This document shows positions 1 through 13,751 of a stretch of DNA of 64,000 nucleotides, piece after piece. Location: the NCBI RefSeq assembly GCF_001194135.2, contig NC_068983.1:163512492-163576491 (forward strand), read 5' to 3'. The notes under the pieces are model-generated. The model saw nothing but the letters and a program-made list of their open reading frames with translations, had not been told where the DNA came from and ran no database searches. The translations under genes were made by a program, and so were the position numbers. This DNA comes from Octopus bimaculoides (lineage: Eukaryota). The first letter of the stretch is position 1, and each line of letters opens with the position of its first letter.

Positions 1-142
1 CAAGCAGGGGAAACAGAACTGAAAATAGAATCTGTGACAGAAAGCAAAAAGATTAAAAAAAAAAAAACAGTTGAAAAGTACGTTGCGGAATTACATATAA
101 GTTATAACACATATATGCGCTCTCGTACGTGAAACCACGTAA

Positions 143-285
143 ACACACACACACACACGCACTCACGCAAGCACGCACGCACACACGCACATACACACGC
201 ACGCAAACACGCACGCGCACACACACGCACGCCCACGCACACACACATGCATTTAGACAGTTAGGGAGAGAGAGAGAGATAGAGA
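143..285. repeat. Compound microsatellite (CA)n/(CACG)n then (GA)n
   Basis: Directly visible; it explains the HTHT/CVCV ORFs at 53-359. Confidence 0.95.
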
Positions 286-540
286 AGGGAGGAGGCATAA
301 TAATGTGGCCTGCTAGAAAGTATGTTTATTTTATATTTGTTGTAGCAGTAATAAAATAACTGATCAATCTTCAGGCACGTTGCCATGGTAACAGCAGGCA
401 TTGGAATCGAGGTAAATGTTGTGAACACTGGTATAAGAAGGAACCCTGGGATGTCTTCGGAGAAAATATAAGAAGCGAGAAGTTGAAGAAATAAATGATA
501 ACCAACATCCTCACTTAATGTGGTATCATATTCAATATTA

Positions 541-1015
541 GCGTTTCCGTGGCTTAGTGGTGAAGGTTCTTCGGCTCACCATTGCAAGGTCAGTAGTTCA
601 ATACCGGGCAGTGCGTTATGTCCTTGATCAAAACACTTTATTTCACGTTGCTGCCTTCCACTCAGCAGGCAAAAGTGAGATGCACCAGTAATTCAAAGGG
701 CCAGTCTATGTCACGCGTGTATGTGGAGTGCTTAACCATTTGACACGTTAATTTCAGGGGCGGGGGCCGCCCGTTCCGTTGATCAGATAAACTAGAAAGC
801 TTGTTGTCGTAACCAACGGAGTTCCAGTTGTCATTATCCTTGGTGATACTCTTTTCTACTCGTGTTTCAATTATTCTGTCCATCTCCGTCGTTATACTCC
901 GTCGACTAAATCGATAAGGATAGCAGTCAATCTGGGCTTCATAATGGAGACTATTAGCGAATTCAAGTTCGTGCATCCCAAATGCCATTCCCTAAACCGA
1001 ACTTATCGAAACCAG
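541..1015 (+). mobile_element. tRNA-derived SINE: head type 1, CORE-like segment, middle module M
   Basis: A-box TGGCTTAGTGG, B-box-like GTTCAATACC, then gtccttgatcaaaacactttatttcacgttgc shared with 44452 and 46560. Then caaagggccag...gtggagtgct...acgttaat shared with 36729 and 53923. The 3' boundary is approximate. Confidence 0.65.
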
Positions 1016-1600
1016 CTTTAGTAATCTTTTTGTGTTTTTGCAACAGATAAGGAGGCTATTTTGCTGCCCATACAATTTTCTCTTGTTTGGGGTCTCCTTC
1101 GTCACGAACATTTAGAAAAGTATGACGCCAGCACTGAGTATCCCCATAGCCGAGTTAGCTGAAGCCTAGGCTTAGTTGTTTTGAAGAAAGAAGCACATCC
1201 TCTTGGGTCTGTGGCTCCTGACATCAGAAGCTTATATTCTGGTTTCCGAAAAGAAATACTTTCTCCACAGCTACTCATTCTTTCGTCAGTTGTGTACACT
1301 TTTAGTAATGGAGGTTTAAAGCTGACCGTTAAAGGCTCTATATTTTGCTGTCTGGTCCATAAAATCTTCAGCCTGAACTAAAGTACGAATTGGCGGGACC
1401 AAATAGATTACTACCAGGGAAATGCACACCTTCACCCTGCAATACAAATGGTACATTTGTCACTATCTAGACAATGCAGTCTTTTATTAGGATCCCAAAA
1501 GTGTTCTCTTGTCCTGATTTATAACTTTATAAGCCACGTGGTCAATGCTTAGGGCAGTAAGCCTGTTAGTAACATCTGTCTAGACAACATCTCCAATACA

Positions 1601-1700
1601 GTTCTATATTTAAGAGATGAGGAATTATGTACATTATTTACATTATTTACATTTGACCGATATTTGTCTTCATTTTGTTAATACAACGTTTTTCGACTGG
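1601..1700 (-). mobile_element. Fragment of repeat family D (Penelope-like, hammerhead-bearing family); ribozyme part mostly lost
   Basis: gttctatatttaagagatgaggaattatgtacattatttacatt...tttgaccgatatttgtc matches 23375-23430 and the reverse complement of 52670-52745. Confidence 0.8.
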
Positions 1701-3249
1701 AAAACATCACAAAAATACCACACCATCTTCTACTCAGAGTTTCACGTTCCCTTTCGTCAGACGGTTTAGAATAAGAATCTCAATATAAACTGCGATGTTT
1801 TTTGAGCTTTAGTAATAATAAAGTATGTGTGTGCATCAGTACTGTATATAACACAAACTTGTGACAGTGAAATGTTAGGAATAAGTTATGAAATGGGAAA
1901 ACATGATCACAGTTATTTGGTACCTTGAAATAACTAACTATGCCTAAAATGACAAAACCAGGTTTGTGGAGAATTATCCAAAACCATAGTTTTATATTTG
2001 TAGAGAATTGAACTGCAAAGGTAAGAGTAAAGTTGTGTCTACTTTGGGAAGCATTTATTCTCCAAAGACTACCATACCGTCCGCTCGGCAACATATCAAT
2101 CATGCTAATAAATATTGACTGCCAGTAATACACAATCCACCAGCCCTTCTCGACCGAAGATTCTGTGATACAAGGAAGGAATATGAAACTCGAAAAAACT
2201 GAAATGATGCAAAATGGAACAAAAAATGTATACGAGGTTTTCTAAACCGATAGTGAGTACGTCCTTCATGTTCTTTTATTTGGTTCCAGAGTCATCGTGA
2301 ATGTTATTATAAACTTGCACACTGTCATACACTATACCACTCTCTCTCACGCGCACACCCACCCACAGATATATATAAATAAATATATGCGTCCTGCCCG
2401 AAGCTCGTCGAAACGCCGGTGTTAAAACGTGGGCAGCTGATGAAGTAGAATGTTCTCTATGTGGCTCGTGTGTTTTCTCGTCTACGTTTGTTTGCAATGT
2501 CCTGTACCCAGATATGCACCTATACATACAGGTGGATGTCGTTATGCACATACCTGTACGTATATATGCATATACTCATTTACTATTTGTTTATATATAT
2601 ATANNNNNNNNNNNNNNNNNNNNNNNNNNNNNNNNNNNNNNNNNNNNNNNNNNNNNNNNNNNNNNNNNNNNNNNNNNNNNNNNNNNNNNNNNNNNNNNNN
2701 NNNNNNNNNNNNNNNNNNNNNNNNNNNNNNNNNNNNNNNNNNNNNNNNNNNNNNNNNNNNNNNNNNNNNNNNNNNNNNNNNNNNNNNNNNNNNNNNNNNN
2801 NNNNNNNNNNNNNNNNNNNNNNNNNNNNNNNNNNNNNNNNNNNNNNNNNNNNNNNNNNNNNNNNNNNNNNNNNNNNNNNNNNNNNNNNNNNNNNNNNNNN
2901 NNNNNNNNNNNNNNNNNNNNNNNNNNNNNNNNNNNNNNNNNNNNNNNNNNNNNNNNNNNNNNNNNNNNNNNNNNNNNNNNNNNNNNNNNNNNNNNNNNNN
3001 NNNNNNNNNNNNNNNNNNNNNNNNNNNNNNNNNNNNNNNNNNNNNNNNNATATATATATGATATTGAAATTATAATCAGATTTGTGTCTAAATCTTGCAG
3101 AATGCTATGTAAAGCACGTCCACAGTTATTGAATGCCTCATGTCAATATCGGTAGGGATGATTCAAAACAATTGTTGTGGATGTAAATAAAGAATCTCGT
3201 GAATTCTATTTTCTATTTCTGAACTGTTTATCATATCTGATATATAAAG

Positions 3250-3440
3250 GCACAGGAGTGGCTGTGTGGTAAGTAGCTTGCTTACCAACCACATGGTCCC
3301 GAGTTCAGTCCCACTGCGTGGCATCTTGGGCAAATGTCTTCTACTATAGCCTCGGGCCGACCAAAGCCTTGTGAGTGGATTTGGTAGATGGAAACTGAAA
3401 GAAGCCCGTCGAAAATATATGTGTGTGTGAGTGTGTGTGA

Positions 3441-3487
<47 letters not shown>

Positions 3488-3690
3488 TGTCTGTGTTTGT
3501 CCCCCACCATCGTTTGACAACTGTTGCCTGTGTGTTTACGTCCCTGCAACTTAGCAGTCCAGCAAAAGAGACCGATAGGATAAGTACTAGGCTTACAAAG
3601 AATAAGTCCTGGAGTCGATTTGTTCAACTAAAGGCGGTGCTCCAGCATGGCCGCAGCCAAATAACTGAAACAAGTAAAAAAAAAAAGAAT
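3250..3690 (+). mobile_element. tRNA-derived SINE family A, full length, with internal (TG)n
   Basis: A-box TGGCTGTGTGG, B-box GAGTTCAGTCC, CORE-like cttgggcaaatgtcttctactatagcc, A-rich tail. Colinear with 14185, 48593 and 52935. Confidence 0.9.
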
Positions 3691-3945
3691 ACTATTTACT
3701 ACATACATACACACACACATTCGTACACACATACAGACATACACACAGGCAGACACATACATGCAAATATATACATGTGTGTGTGTGTGTGTGTGTGTGT
3801 TTGTATGAGTGTTTGTATGTGTTTGTATACATATGTAAGTATACATATATACATGTGTGTCAAGGAAGAGATAATATTCAAATTGAAACAATGTTATAAA
3901 CATAGAGAATGGTACTTCATCATGTGTGTAACATACACACGCACG

Positions 3946-3985
<40 letters not shown>

Positions 3986-4664
3986 TGCATACATTTGTAC
4001 ATATGCTTAAATATGTTTTTACTGAGTGTGTCTGTGTGCATGAGGTGTGAATATAAATGAACTGGAGTGAAAGAGAATCTAGGGAGATAGAAAAAAAGAA
4101 GGAGAGGGTATAGATTAGAAGGAAAACATTATTCGATGGAAGCAGTCAGTAATATAGTTACATGGAAGATAAACTGGAGCAAAGAATTGTGTTTGGACTT
4201 GTAGAAATTGATTTGCGCAAAAATTAACCATTTTCGAAATATTTTCAGGCGACTATCAATACGCATAACGCTGTTTTGGTTGATAATATAAAATATGTGT
4301 ACCATAAATACATTTTGGCGGAAATAACTGGGTTACGATATGCAAATTGTACACGAGTCCTTCACAGACATTTATGGATAAATACATACATATATACATG
4401 TGTGTGTTGTGTATGTATATAACATATATATATATATATATATATGCACATGCATGTATACATACGTACATATACACTTGCACTTTCACAGGCCAGAGTA
4501 TATTTCTAAGATTTCCATACATACATACATGCATATATACTGTTATATCGCACGTTCGGATGACCTCTACTCAACTACCTCGACGTCTAAACTTCTCCCC
4601 CTACGTCTACGTATTTGGCTAGCCTACTTCATTGCCTTTGGGCATCGACACAACACATACATAC

Positions 4665-4800
4665 ATACAATTAAAGAAAAACACCCTGTTGTTTATGTTG
4701 ATATTGCAATGAAGGAGCCTTGGATCTTGGTTAGAAACCGGTTCTTTCTCTATTGGCAAGAAATCTTGAAATAAAACTGAACAATGACATACATACACAC
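4665..4800 (+). mobile_element. Terminal 3' UTR module of R4/Dong-like subfamily 2, extremely 5'-truncated
   Basis: Matches 16350-16485 (cttggatct.ggttagaaacc.g.tctttctct.ttggcaagaaatcttgaaataaa); flanked by CATA repeats. Confidence 0.7.
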
Positions 4801-5576
4801 ACGCACACATACACACACACCCACATACGCACGCGAGCATGCACACATCTACGTATAGAATTTTATTGTCCGATTCCTGATTTGAATGACTTTGCCAGGT
4901 GGTGCTATAAAGTTAGACATGGCCTGGGTCAATACTGGCCGAAATCTATCAAAGTATCATAGTATATATATATATATATATATATATATATNNNNNNNNN
5001 NNNNNNNNNNNNNNNNNNNNNNNNNNNNNNNNNNNNNNNNNNNNNNNNNNNNNNNNNNNNNNNNNNNNNNNNNNNNNNNNNNNNNNNNNNNNNNNNNNNN
5101 NNNNNNNNNNNNNNNNNNNNNNNNNNNNNNNNNNNNNNNNNNNNNNNNNNNNNNNNNNNNNNNNNNNNNNNNNNNNNNNNNNNNNNNNNNNNNNNNNNNN
5201 NNNNNNNNNNNNNNNNNNNNNNNNNNNNNNNNNNNNNNNNNNNNNNNNNNNNNNNNNNNNNNNNNNNNNNNNNNNNNNNNNNNNNNNNNNNNNNNNNNNN
5301 NNNNNNNNNNNNNNNNNNNNNNNNNNNNNNNNNNNNNNNNNNNNNNNNNNNNNNNNNNNNNNNNNNNNNNNNNNNNNNNNNNNNNNNNNNNNNNNNNNNN
5401 NNNNNNNNNNNNNNNNNNNNNNNNNNNNNNNNNNNNNNNNNNNNNNNNNNNNNNNNNNNNNNNNNNNNNNNNNNNNNNNNNNNNNNNNNNNNNNNNNNNN
5501 NNNNNNNNNNNNNNNNNNNNNNNNNNNNNNNNNNNNNNNNNNNNNNATATATATATATATATAAATACGACAGAAG

Positions 5577-5737
5577 ATTTTCAGTTTCCGTCAGCCAAAT
5601 CTCCTCTGGAGGTTTTGGTTAGTCTGAAGCTATAGTGGAAGACACCTGCACAAGATGACATGCAGCAGGACTGAACCTAGAACCATGTAGATGTAGTTGG
5701 GAAGAAAGCTTCTTACCACACAACCACACCTGCGCCT
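5577..5737 (-). mobile_element. SINE family A, 5' half
   Basis: Reverse complement matches the family A head through ggaaactgaaa; the rest is lost into the (TA)n/N gap. Confidence 0.8.
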
Positions 5738-6927
5738 ACATGTATATTTCAAATATATTTATATTTTTATAACAATGGTATTTTCTCTGTTTATCTAATT
5801 CTTCCGTGTTAGCTCAGGTTATTAGGGTACTTTTGCAGAGGTTTGTATAACTATTAACAAACTTTAATATTTACGATTCTCTCCGTTACATTCCAGTATT
5901 CATTTCTACATTTCACTGCTTTATATATAAAATATAATTTTATCGGCGATGCTTCCTTTTCTAATAGCTGTTGGAAGCAACGCAACAGTTAATATTACTT
6001 GAAAAACGGTGTTGTATCAGGAGAATATATTCTTAAAATGTGTGCATATATTTACCTTAATATGCTAGTGTGTTATTTTCCAATATAATCTTGGTTTAGC
6101 CGTCATTATGTTTCTGAGTTTCTAGCAATCCTCCTTCAGATTGACAGTTTAATCGCCAATAACCCAACCATGTGACATGTTGCAGTAGATAACACGCTAC
6201 TGCTAAGACTCAGAGTCACTGGGAATAATTGAGAGAGTCACCGAATATAATAAACAGGATAACCTGCAATAATTGGCATAATTAACATATTATGGGTATA
6301 TAAAATATATCAACATCCTTATATGTTTACTGAGCTATTTTTCACAAAATTTTATTTTATATATTTTGTGAGCTATCTGCTAAACTGCTTTACATAAAAA
6401 AATACCTTCGTTATATTCGATATATATATTGCATATAAAAATATATACATGGTACCATAAGTATATATATTCTGGCTTTTTTTCATTTTCCTATTATTTC
6501 TCCACGTGCGGTTAACACAACCCCACTATTTACTGACTTATATNNNNNNNNNNNNNNNNNNNNNNNNNNNNNNNNNNNNNNNNNNNNNNNNNNNNNNNNN
6601 NNNNNNNNNNNNNNNNNNNNNNNNNNNNNNNNNNNNNNNNNNNNNNNNNNNNNNNNNNNNNNNNNNNNNNNNNNNNNNNNNNNNNNNNNNNNNNNNNNNN
6701 NNNNNNNNNNNNNNNNNNNNNNNNNNNNNNNNNNNNNNNNNNNNNNNNNNNNNNNNNNNNNNNNNNNNNNNNNNNNNNNNNNNNNNNNNNNNNNNNNNNN
6801 NNNNNNNNNNNNNNNNNNNNNNNNNNNNNNNNNNNNNNNNNNNNNNNNNNNNNNNNNNNNNNNNNNNNNNNNNNNNNNNNNNNNNNNNNNNNNNNNNNNN
6901 NNNNNNNNNNNNNNNNNNNNNNNNNNN

Positions 6928-7028
<101 letters not shown>

Positions 7029-7029
7029 A

Positions 7030-8170
7030 TGCTCCGAGGTAAACTATGTTTTGCGAAAGTCTAGTGTTAGTAGAATAAATATATACAAGTCATCTGCACT
7101 GCTAACTCAAGAATATGTGATGGGACATATCGTTGTCCACGAGAAAAGCAGGGTATTTGTAAATTGAGACCCACAATTTTTTAAAGTGTGACCCTGGGCT
7201 TTGTTTGGAAACTGGAGGCGGTTGAATTGAAATGGCACATTTAAGGGAATAAGGGGCATGCGTGGAATGTATGCGATCTCTCCTCAATGGCAGCCAGCAA
7301 TAATGGTTGCTTCTAGGACATGACGTGTCATTGTATTTACAGTCAATCTTGTATCATTGCATAGTCGTGGTGGATACAAATTCCTCAAGAGCGTGATAAG
7401 TGCACCTTTCTCTAGGAACGACTTATGAGGGGCCAATATTGTGGGTTGAAGAGAGTTGAGAATTTCAACTGGATATTGAAAAGCGGCATGTTAGTCAATA
7501 ATAGTATCAATGGAGACAAACGTTGGAGCATCTTCAGGTAGATTGTGGAGGAGTACATGGTTTACTTTATCAACGCTTTCATTCCAAGGTGCTAAAATAG
7601 CTCTCTCTGCGAACCATGATATGTTTTTGAAGTTGCTGGGCAACGTGGGAAATACCTTTTCTTTAAGCTCGGCCAATGTAGACACCATGTGCCCACATTG
7701 CAGTACATGCTGTTGCAGGGTGTTATTCAACGGTAATACGCCATTTCCAGTTTGTAGAAGTTGATGAGAGAATTCCTCAGCAAAGGTGTCGTTGTAGAGA
7801 TGAGCTCCCATATACTTGCTTAATAAAAGCTGACAAACAACCTTCTACAAAGGTAAAAACTTCAGGCACGCATAGATTTCGTCAGCTCGCGTACCCTGGT
7901 GTATGACTTGTAATATTTGAGGGAAATCCCCTGCGAGGACAACAGTTATGGCCTCCATAATGGCAGTATTTCTTCTAATATCCATTCGTGCCGTATCTAG
8001 GTCTTCTAGTGCACCACGGTCTGCCATCGTGCATTTAGCCCAGACAATAAGTGTAGATTAGAGCAGAACTTCCGCCGTTGGTGATCGTTTGAAGTATTGT
8101 ACATTTGGGCATCACTGGAGTGAGTTTTCCAGAGCACGAAAAGAGGCAGTTTTCTTTGCAGCCCTTGTTT
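7030..8170 (-). pseudogene. Helitron RepHel C-terminal PIF1-family helicase, disrupted by stops and frameshifts
   Basis: Minus-strand motifs in the correct order: KLPL, LIVWAKCTMADRGALEDLD, VVLAGDFPQILQVIHQGTRADEIYACLK, FSHQLLQTGNG, ERAILAPWNESVDKVN, YPVEILNSL, LLRNLYPPRLCNDTRL, IPRMPLIP..PFQFNRLQFP, NKAQG, NIVY. All are typical of Helitron PIF1 helicases. Confidence 0.9.
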
Positions 8171-9016
8171 ATGGAGATAAATTAGAATGTCTTCGCGTTG
8201 GTGGCAGGGCAGAAAAGAGCGAACGATTAAGGAACATATAATATGGAAGACATAGCAATTTGAAGTTGTGCATTGTATAATTTGATTTTTTAGTAAGGCA
8301 TGAAGAGATATGGAATAATTCATATCAATTTGTATCGCATTATTGCGAGCAGAAGCGGTAAACTCTGAATGATTTGGCTGTGTTCTCTGTAGATAAGCGT
8401 AATGCATTCTGTTAGCTGATATATAGTGGAGTGGATTACCGGCATAATGGAAGTTACTGTTTGTCCAGAAGTGAAGGTGGGAGTACAATTTGCATGGAAG
8501 TGATTTATGTGCTTAAGAAGGATCACAAACTATGTACTGAATATAAAGGGGTTAAGAAATTATAATTATAATTTTTCTCCTCCCCATCGAAATTTCGTAA
8601 TTTTTAACCGTTTTTCGAATTTTGTTTTTTTATCCACGTGGAAAAACACAGAGATTACGAATGTGGGAAATATAATTTGTTGTTGAAAGTTTAATTTTTC
8701 TGAAAGAAATACTGACTGCCCCTTCCCCCACCTCGGCCATCCATCAGCTACCCACGTTCGGGCGAAATGCAAATCTCCTGTAAGGAAAACATAGGAATGT
8801 AAGTAAATTGAGGAAAGAAATAAGGGTGGGGGTAGGCAAATGTCATCTCGGACATGCTAGATACAACAAGTAAAGGACAGGATTTCTGAGATAATTTCCT
8901 TGTAAGTTTAAATGGAAGATCAGGTTTTGAAATAGGCTCATCACAGACAGGAATGACAGAATAGGAAAAATTAATATCCATAGGATTTGAGCTGTAATTT
9001 AGCGTGCAGCAAAAAA

Positions 9017-9320
9017 ATGGCCGATTGGTTAGGGCAGCGGACTCGCGGTCGGAGGATCGTGGTTTCGATTTACAGACCGGGCGTTGTGTGTGTTTATTGA
9101 GCGAAGACACCAAAAATCTCCACGAGGCTCCGGCAGTGGGTAGTGGTCCCCCCTGTTGTACTCTTTCGCCCCAACTTTCTTTCACTCTTTCTTCCTTTTT
9201 CTTGAGTAACGCTGCGATGGACTGGCGTCCCGTCCAGCTGGGGAGAACACATACGCCATAGAAACCGGGAAACCGGGCCCATGAGCCTGGCTAGGCTTTA
9301 AAAAAGCGCATAAAAAAACA
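9017..9320 (+). mobile_element. tRNA-derived SINE family B (head type 2, V-domain-like tail)
   Basis: Near-colinear with 51774-52101; contains gctgcgatggactggcgtcccgtccag and an A-rich tail. Confidence 0.9.
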
Positions 9321-10569
9321 TAATTCATCTAGAACTCTGTGTGTGTGTGTCAAAGGAAGTTGTTTTTGCATAACTTTCTTAATTCCAAAGGAAGGAAATG
9401 TAGTGAAATTGTAACATGTTGACAGCCTACGGTCTCCGTATATTTATGATGAGAAATTGAAAAAGAAAGATAATGTCTAATTCTACGCAGGCGGGAAACA
9501 TAAGTCGAAATTGAAACTGTGTGACTCGATCTAGTTTCTGGGGTTCTCAGCGTCTCCTTTTCTCCTGTTTTCTCCCTGTCTTTGTGTCGGCTTTCTTTCG
9601 CCTTCATCTTCAAAACTTACATACAGAATCAACTTTCTGCCGGCTTTCTTTCACTTTCAACTATAGAACATACACAGGGTATGAAACATCAGCATTTCTC
9701 TTTCACCCGCCATCCCTCCCTGCCTTTCATCGTCTCCTATAGAAACTTGTCTTCTTTCTCTGTTTCTTTCTCTTGTCTCTCTGTCTTTTTCTCATTCTGT
9801 ATTTCTCTCGCTCATTCCGTAAAAATTTATTTCTTTATACTTTGGAGAGAGCAGAAATTGAAAGAAAAGAGAAAGCTGAAAGGGGAGAGAAAGCAGAAAG
9901 TGAAGGAGATGAGAAAGTGAAAGAAGCATGTACGTGTATATGAAATGGACGTGTGTGTGTGTGTGTTTGTGCGAGAGAACGAAAGAAACAGAAACACAGA
10001 GAATGAGAGAGAGAGAGAGAGAAACGATAGTTGTCTTATGGAAAAGATAATAATGTTAAATTTTTGTAATGCAAATATGTGAATGAAAATAAAGTTCCGT
10101 TCGTAGTGGAAATAGTACTGAATCTTTTGATACCCTTTACGTCAAAATCAGTAACTCAGTTTTGGAATGCATATGGAACGCGCACACACACACAAAACTC
10201 TCTAATATATTACACCACACACACACACACACACATACACACACACACACACACAAAACACACACACACATATATATACATGTATGGTGTTATACTTCTA
10301 CGAATCAATAACAATGTCTTGTTACAGAAACATATGTAGCATGGATTAATCTCCTATCTCCATTTTTTAAACTTTGTTCTATATACATCCTCACATATAT
10401 TTCCCCATAAACTTACATACGGCAAAAGAAGATAAGACGTATACGTTTGTTGTGTTTATATATCTGTGTACGTTTCTCGCAATGAATCTTTTCTATTCTA
10501 TAAACTCATCGTTTCAGAGTTGTCCCCCGTTGAAATAAGGCTGAGACTTTTTCAGAGAATTTCCAGTCA

Positions 10570-10985
<416 letters not shown>

Positions 10986-13234
10986 GTATTTATATATAAG
11001 CGTTGGTGTGCAAACACAGGAGACTCATACTTCTTAACTTAGAATTCGGATAATGATTTGTAAATTTAGAAGTAGTAGTTTGAGTACTTCAAGGAACAAA
11101 TCATAATAATACTCGATATTAATGGGTTTTATCTGGCGTAGGAGGGACACAAATAAAATGAAATAGTCTCCACAAGGAATTGTACTTCACCAGGCAAAAG
11201 GCTTTATAGTGTAGACGACTATACTGCCATGTATTGATTTCTGTTAATTATAAATTTTGCCAGATAAAAACTCCAGTTTGTTGATAAATCTAAACACCGC
11301 TACACAGTTCAGTTTTAAGAACGTTAGAACAACTACCGCTTTGCGATGTGATATATAATTCTCCCTTATAAAAACTGCAATATTATATATGATCAATTCT
11401 GCTTATAATTGCGTCTGTTATCATTTATTTCTGCCTTGAACTCTCAGGATCAATGATGCCATACAGCAATATGCCCATATTTCTTCATCGACAATAGAAT
11501 ATGCTAATATATGAGTTTCGTATGAAAATGAAATGGCGTTGACACGTTGTGACGTTTTTAAACGAGTCAAGCAGAAGCTGTTTTTAAGGATCGACGAAAA
11601 GAAAGCAGTGGTTCGTCTCCTGGTGCCATGGACATTATCGAGGAACGAGAAATGTAATCAATATTCGAAACAAGGGAGCAAAATCACTTACCCATGAGTT
11701 GCCATATTTGAAAATACACAAATGAGAAAAAGAAAGGTTATTAAGTCGATTACATCAGCAAAAAAATAAATGGAATATTAAGCTGTTCGTAACTGATTGC
11801 AATGCAGTAAACCAGATAACAATGGAAGAGAGGTAAAAGAGCTTATAAAAGCGAAAAACATGAAGAATAACAAGAGTGGGCGAATTTCGCATCATCTGTT
11901 AAGTCCCCATTCTGACTGAGTTCTCACAGCATGGATAGTGAGACAGGAAACGAATTTAAATATTAATATTGTTCATTCTATATTATTCCAGTAAATTTCA
12001 TGATATTCTCAGAAAATTATGTCACGATTCTTTCGTTTCACTTCAATCATGAACGGTGCCAAATTAGTTGAATAGACACAAATTTGTGTATGAATGTATG
12101 AGATCGGTAAACAAATGTCTCTGAGTGTATTTCTCCTACCATAAATCGTGGTGCATATTAATAGAAACCGATGCAATCATTGTTATGGAAAATGTACACA
12201 TTGGCTCTTCTTGCAACACGTTAAAAGGCTTGTCGCCCCCTTTTTTTTTCACGTCAGTTATTTATGAAACCGATTCGTTGATAAGGAAATTACCTTCTTT
12301 ATACTTATACTGTTTAGATAAAAATTTGAAATAAGTTTAGTTTACGGGGAATGGATTTAGAAATATAATTTTAAAATGTGATTTAGCAATATAATTTGCA
12401 AAAGATTAATCATTGAGATTATAAATATTTTTCGCAAGCCTTGACAAACATACAACCAAACAATAGCTGTTGACATGAAGAAAATAAGAACATTTCAAAA
12501 TAAGAACATTTCAAATAAGTAATGAGCATTATTAATGCGTAAATATATTGGCGATATACTCTCTATATACATCATTGCTTTTAGTTTTCTTTTATATTTT
12601 ATAATGATGAAATAAATAATCGTATTCAATGTTTCGCCAAATATTTAATATAATAAGGATTTTGAGGAAAATCGAACAGATATAAAAGAAAAGACATGAA
12701 AATTCTCCTAGCTAAATCCTTCAATTATTTTTTGGAATGTTTGTTCGGCAAATAAAAAGAAAATCATTTTAGAAAGTAGTACAATCATAGAAATAAATTA
12801 AATGGAAAGAAACCGGCCAAAAAACAATGAAAATAAAAACAGGAAACATAATTTTCTCTGCGCAACGAATTCACCTGCAAATTCTTTTCATTTCATTATT
12901 CATTCTCTTTATGTATTCCACTGACTCTCAACAGAGCCACAGATTTTCGGAAGAAAAATAAATGGCTGAGATTGTAATCAATGCTATTCCAGTGTGGCCA
13001 CGTTCAGTTTTGAAATTAATTCAGTAAAATAAAGAAGAGATAATCATACAAGTAAAAGCATAGGCAACCCCGGGCAACTTTATGTTAACATATTCGGTTT
13101 TATGAAATTGTCGAGGCACGCTTTATGCCACTTCCATCATTGGATAGCAGCCTTCTCAGAGTAGCAACTTCAGTCATATCTACCAAGGACTATTTCAATC
13201 TTGTTGTTATTTTTATTAATATTTGTCTAACCTA

Positions 13235-13335
13235 TCGTTCTGAATTCAAATTCCGCCGAGGTCGACTTGGACTTTGATCCTTACGGGGTTGATAACATAA
13301 GTACCAGTTGGAAACTGGTGTCGTTGTAATCAACG
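13235..13335 (+). mobile_element. SINE family C core
   Basis: ttctgaattcaaattccgccgaggtcgac...tttgatcctt.cggggttgataa.ataagtaccagttg recurs at least eight times in the window. From memory it resembles the Meta domain of MetaSINEs (unverified). Confidence 0.8.
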
Positions 13336-13467
13336 TACCAAAATGTGAAACCAACATTTGTCTAACAATATAATTCTAAGTAGACACACAGACAGATACA
13401 TACATGCACACACACACATACCCATACACATACACACATCTATATCTACATGCATGCATGCAAACAA

Positions 13468-13468
13468 C

Positions 13469-13518
<50 letters not shown>

Positions 13519-13523
13519 GTCTA

Positions 13524-13566
<43 letters not shown>
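13468..13566. repeat. (TATC)n then (CT)n microsatellite abutting an N gap
   Basis: Directly visible. Confidence 0.95.
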
Positions 13567-13751
13567 NNNNNNNNNNNNNNNNNNNNNNNNNNNNNNNNNN
13601 NNNNNNNNNNNNNNNNNNNNNNNNNNNNNNNNNNNNNNNNNNNNNNNNNNNNNNNNNNNNNNNNNNNNNNNNNNNNNNNNNNNNNNNNNNNNNNNNNNNN
13701 NNNNNNNNNNNNNNNNNNNNNNNNNNNNNNTATATATATATTTATATATAT

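Noticed and set aside
1030-1520. Higher-complexity segment with two short ORFs
   Set aside because: No motif recognised in any frame; I cannot support a call.
11685-11710. Minus-strand ATGGCAACTCATGG|GTAAGT as a coding exon
   Set aside because: No nearby acceptor, stops in all upstream frames, and no supporting downstream exon.
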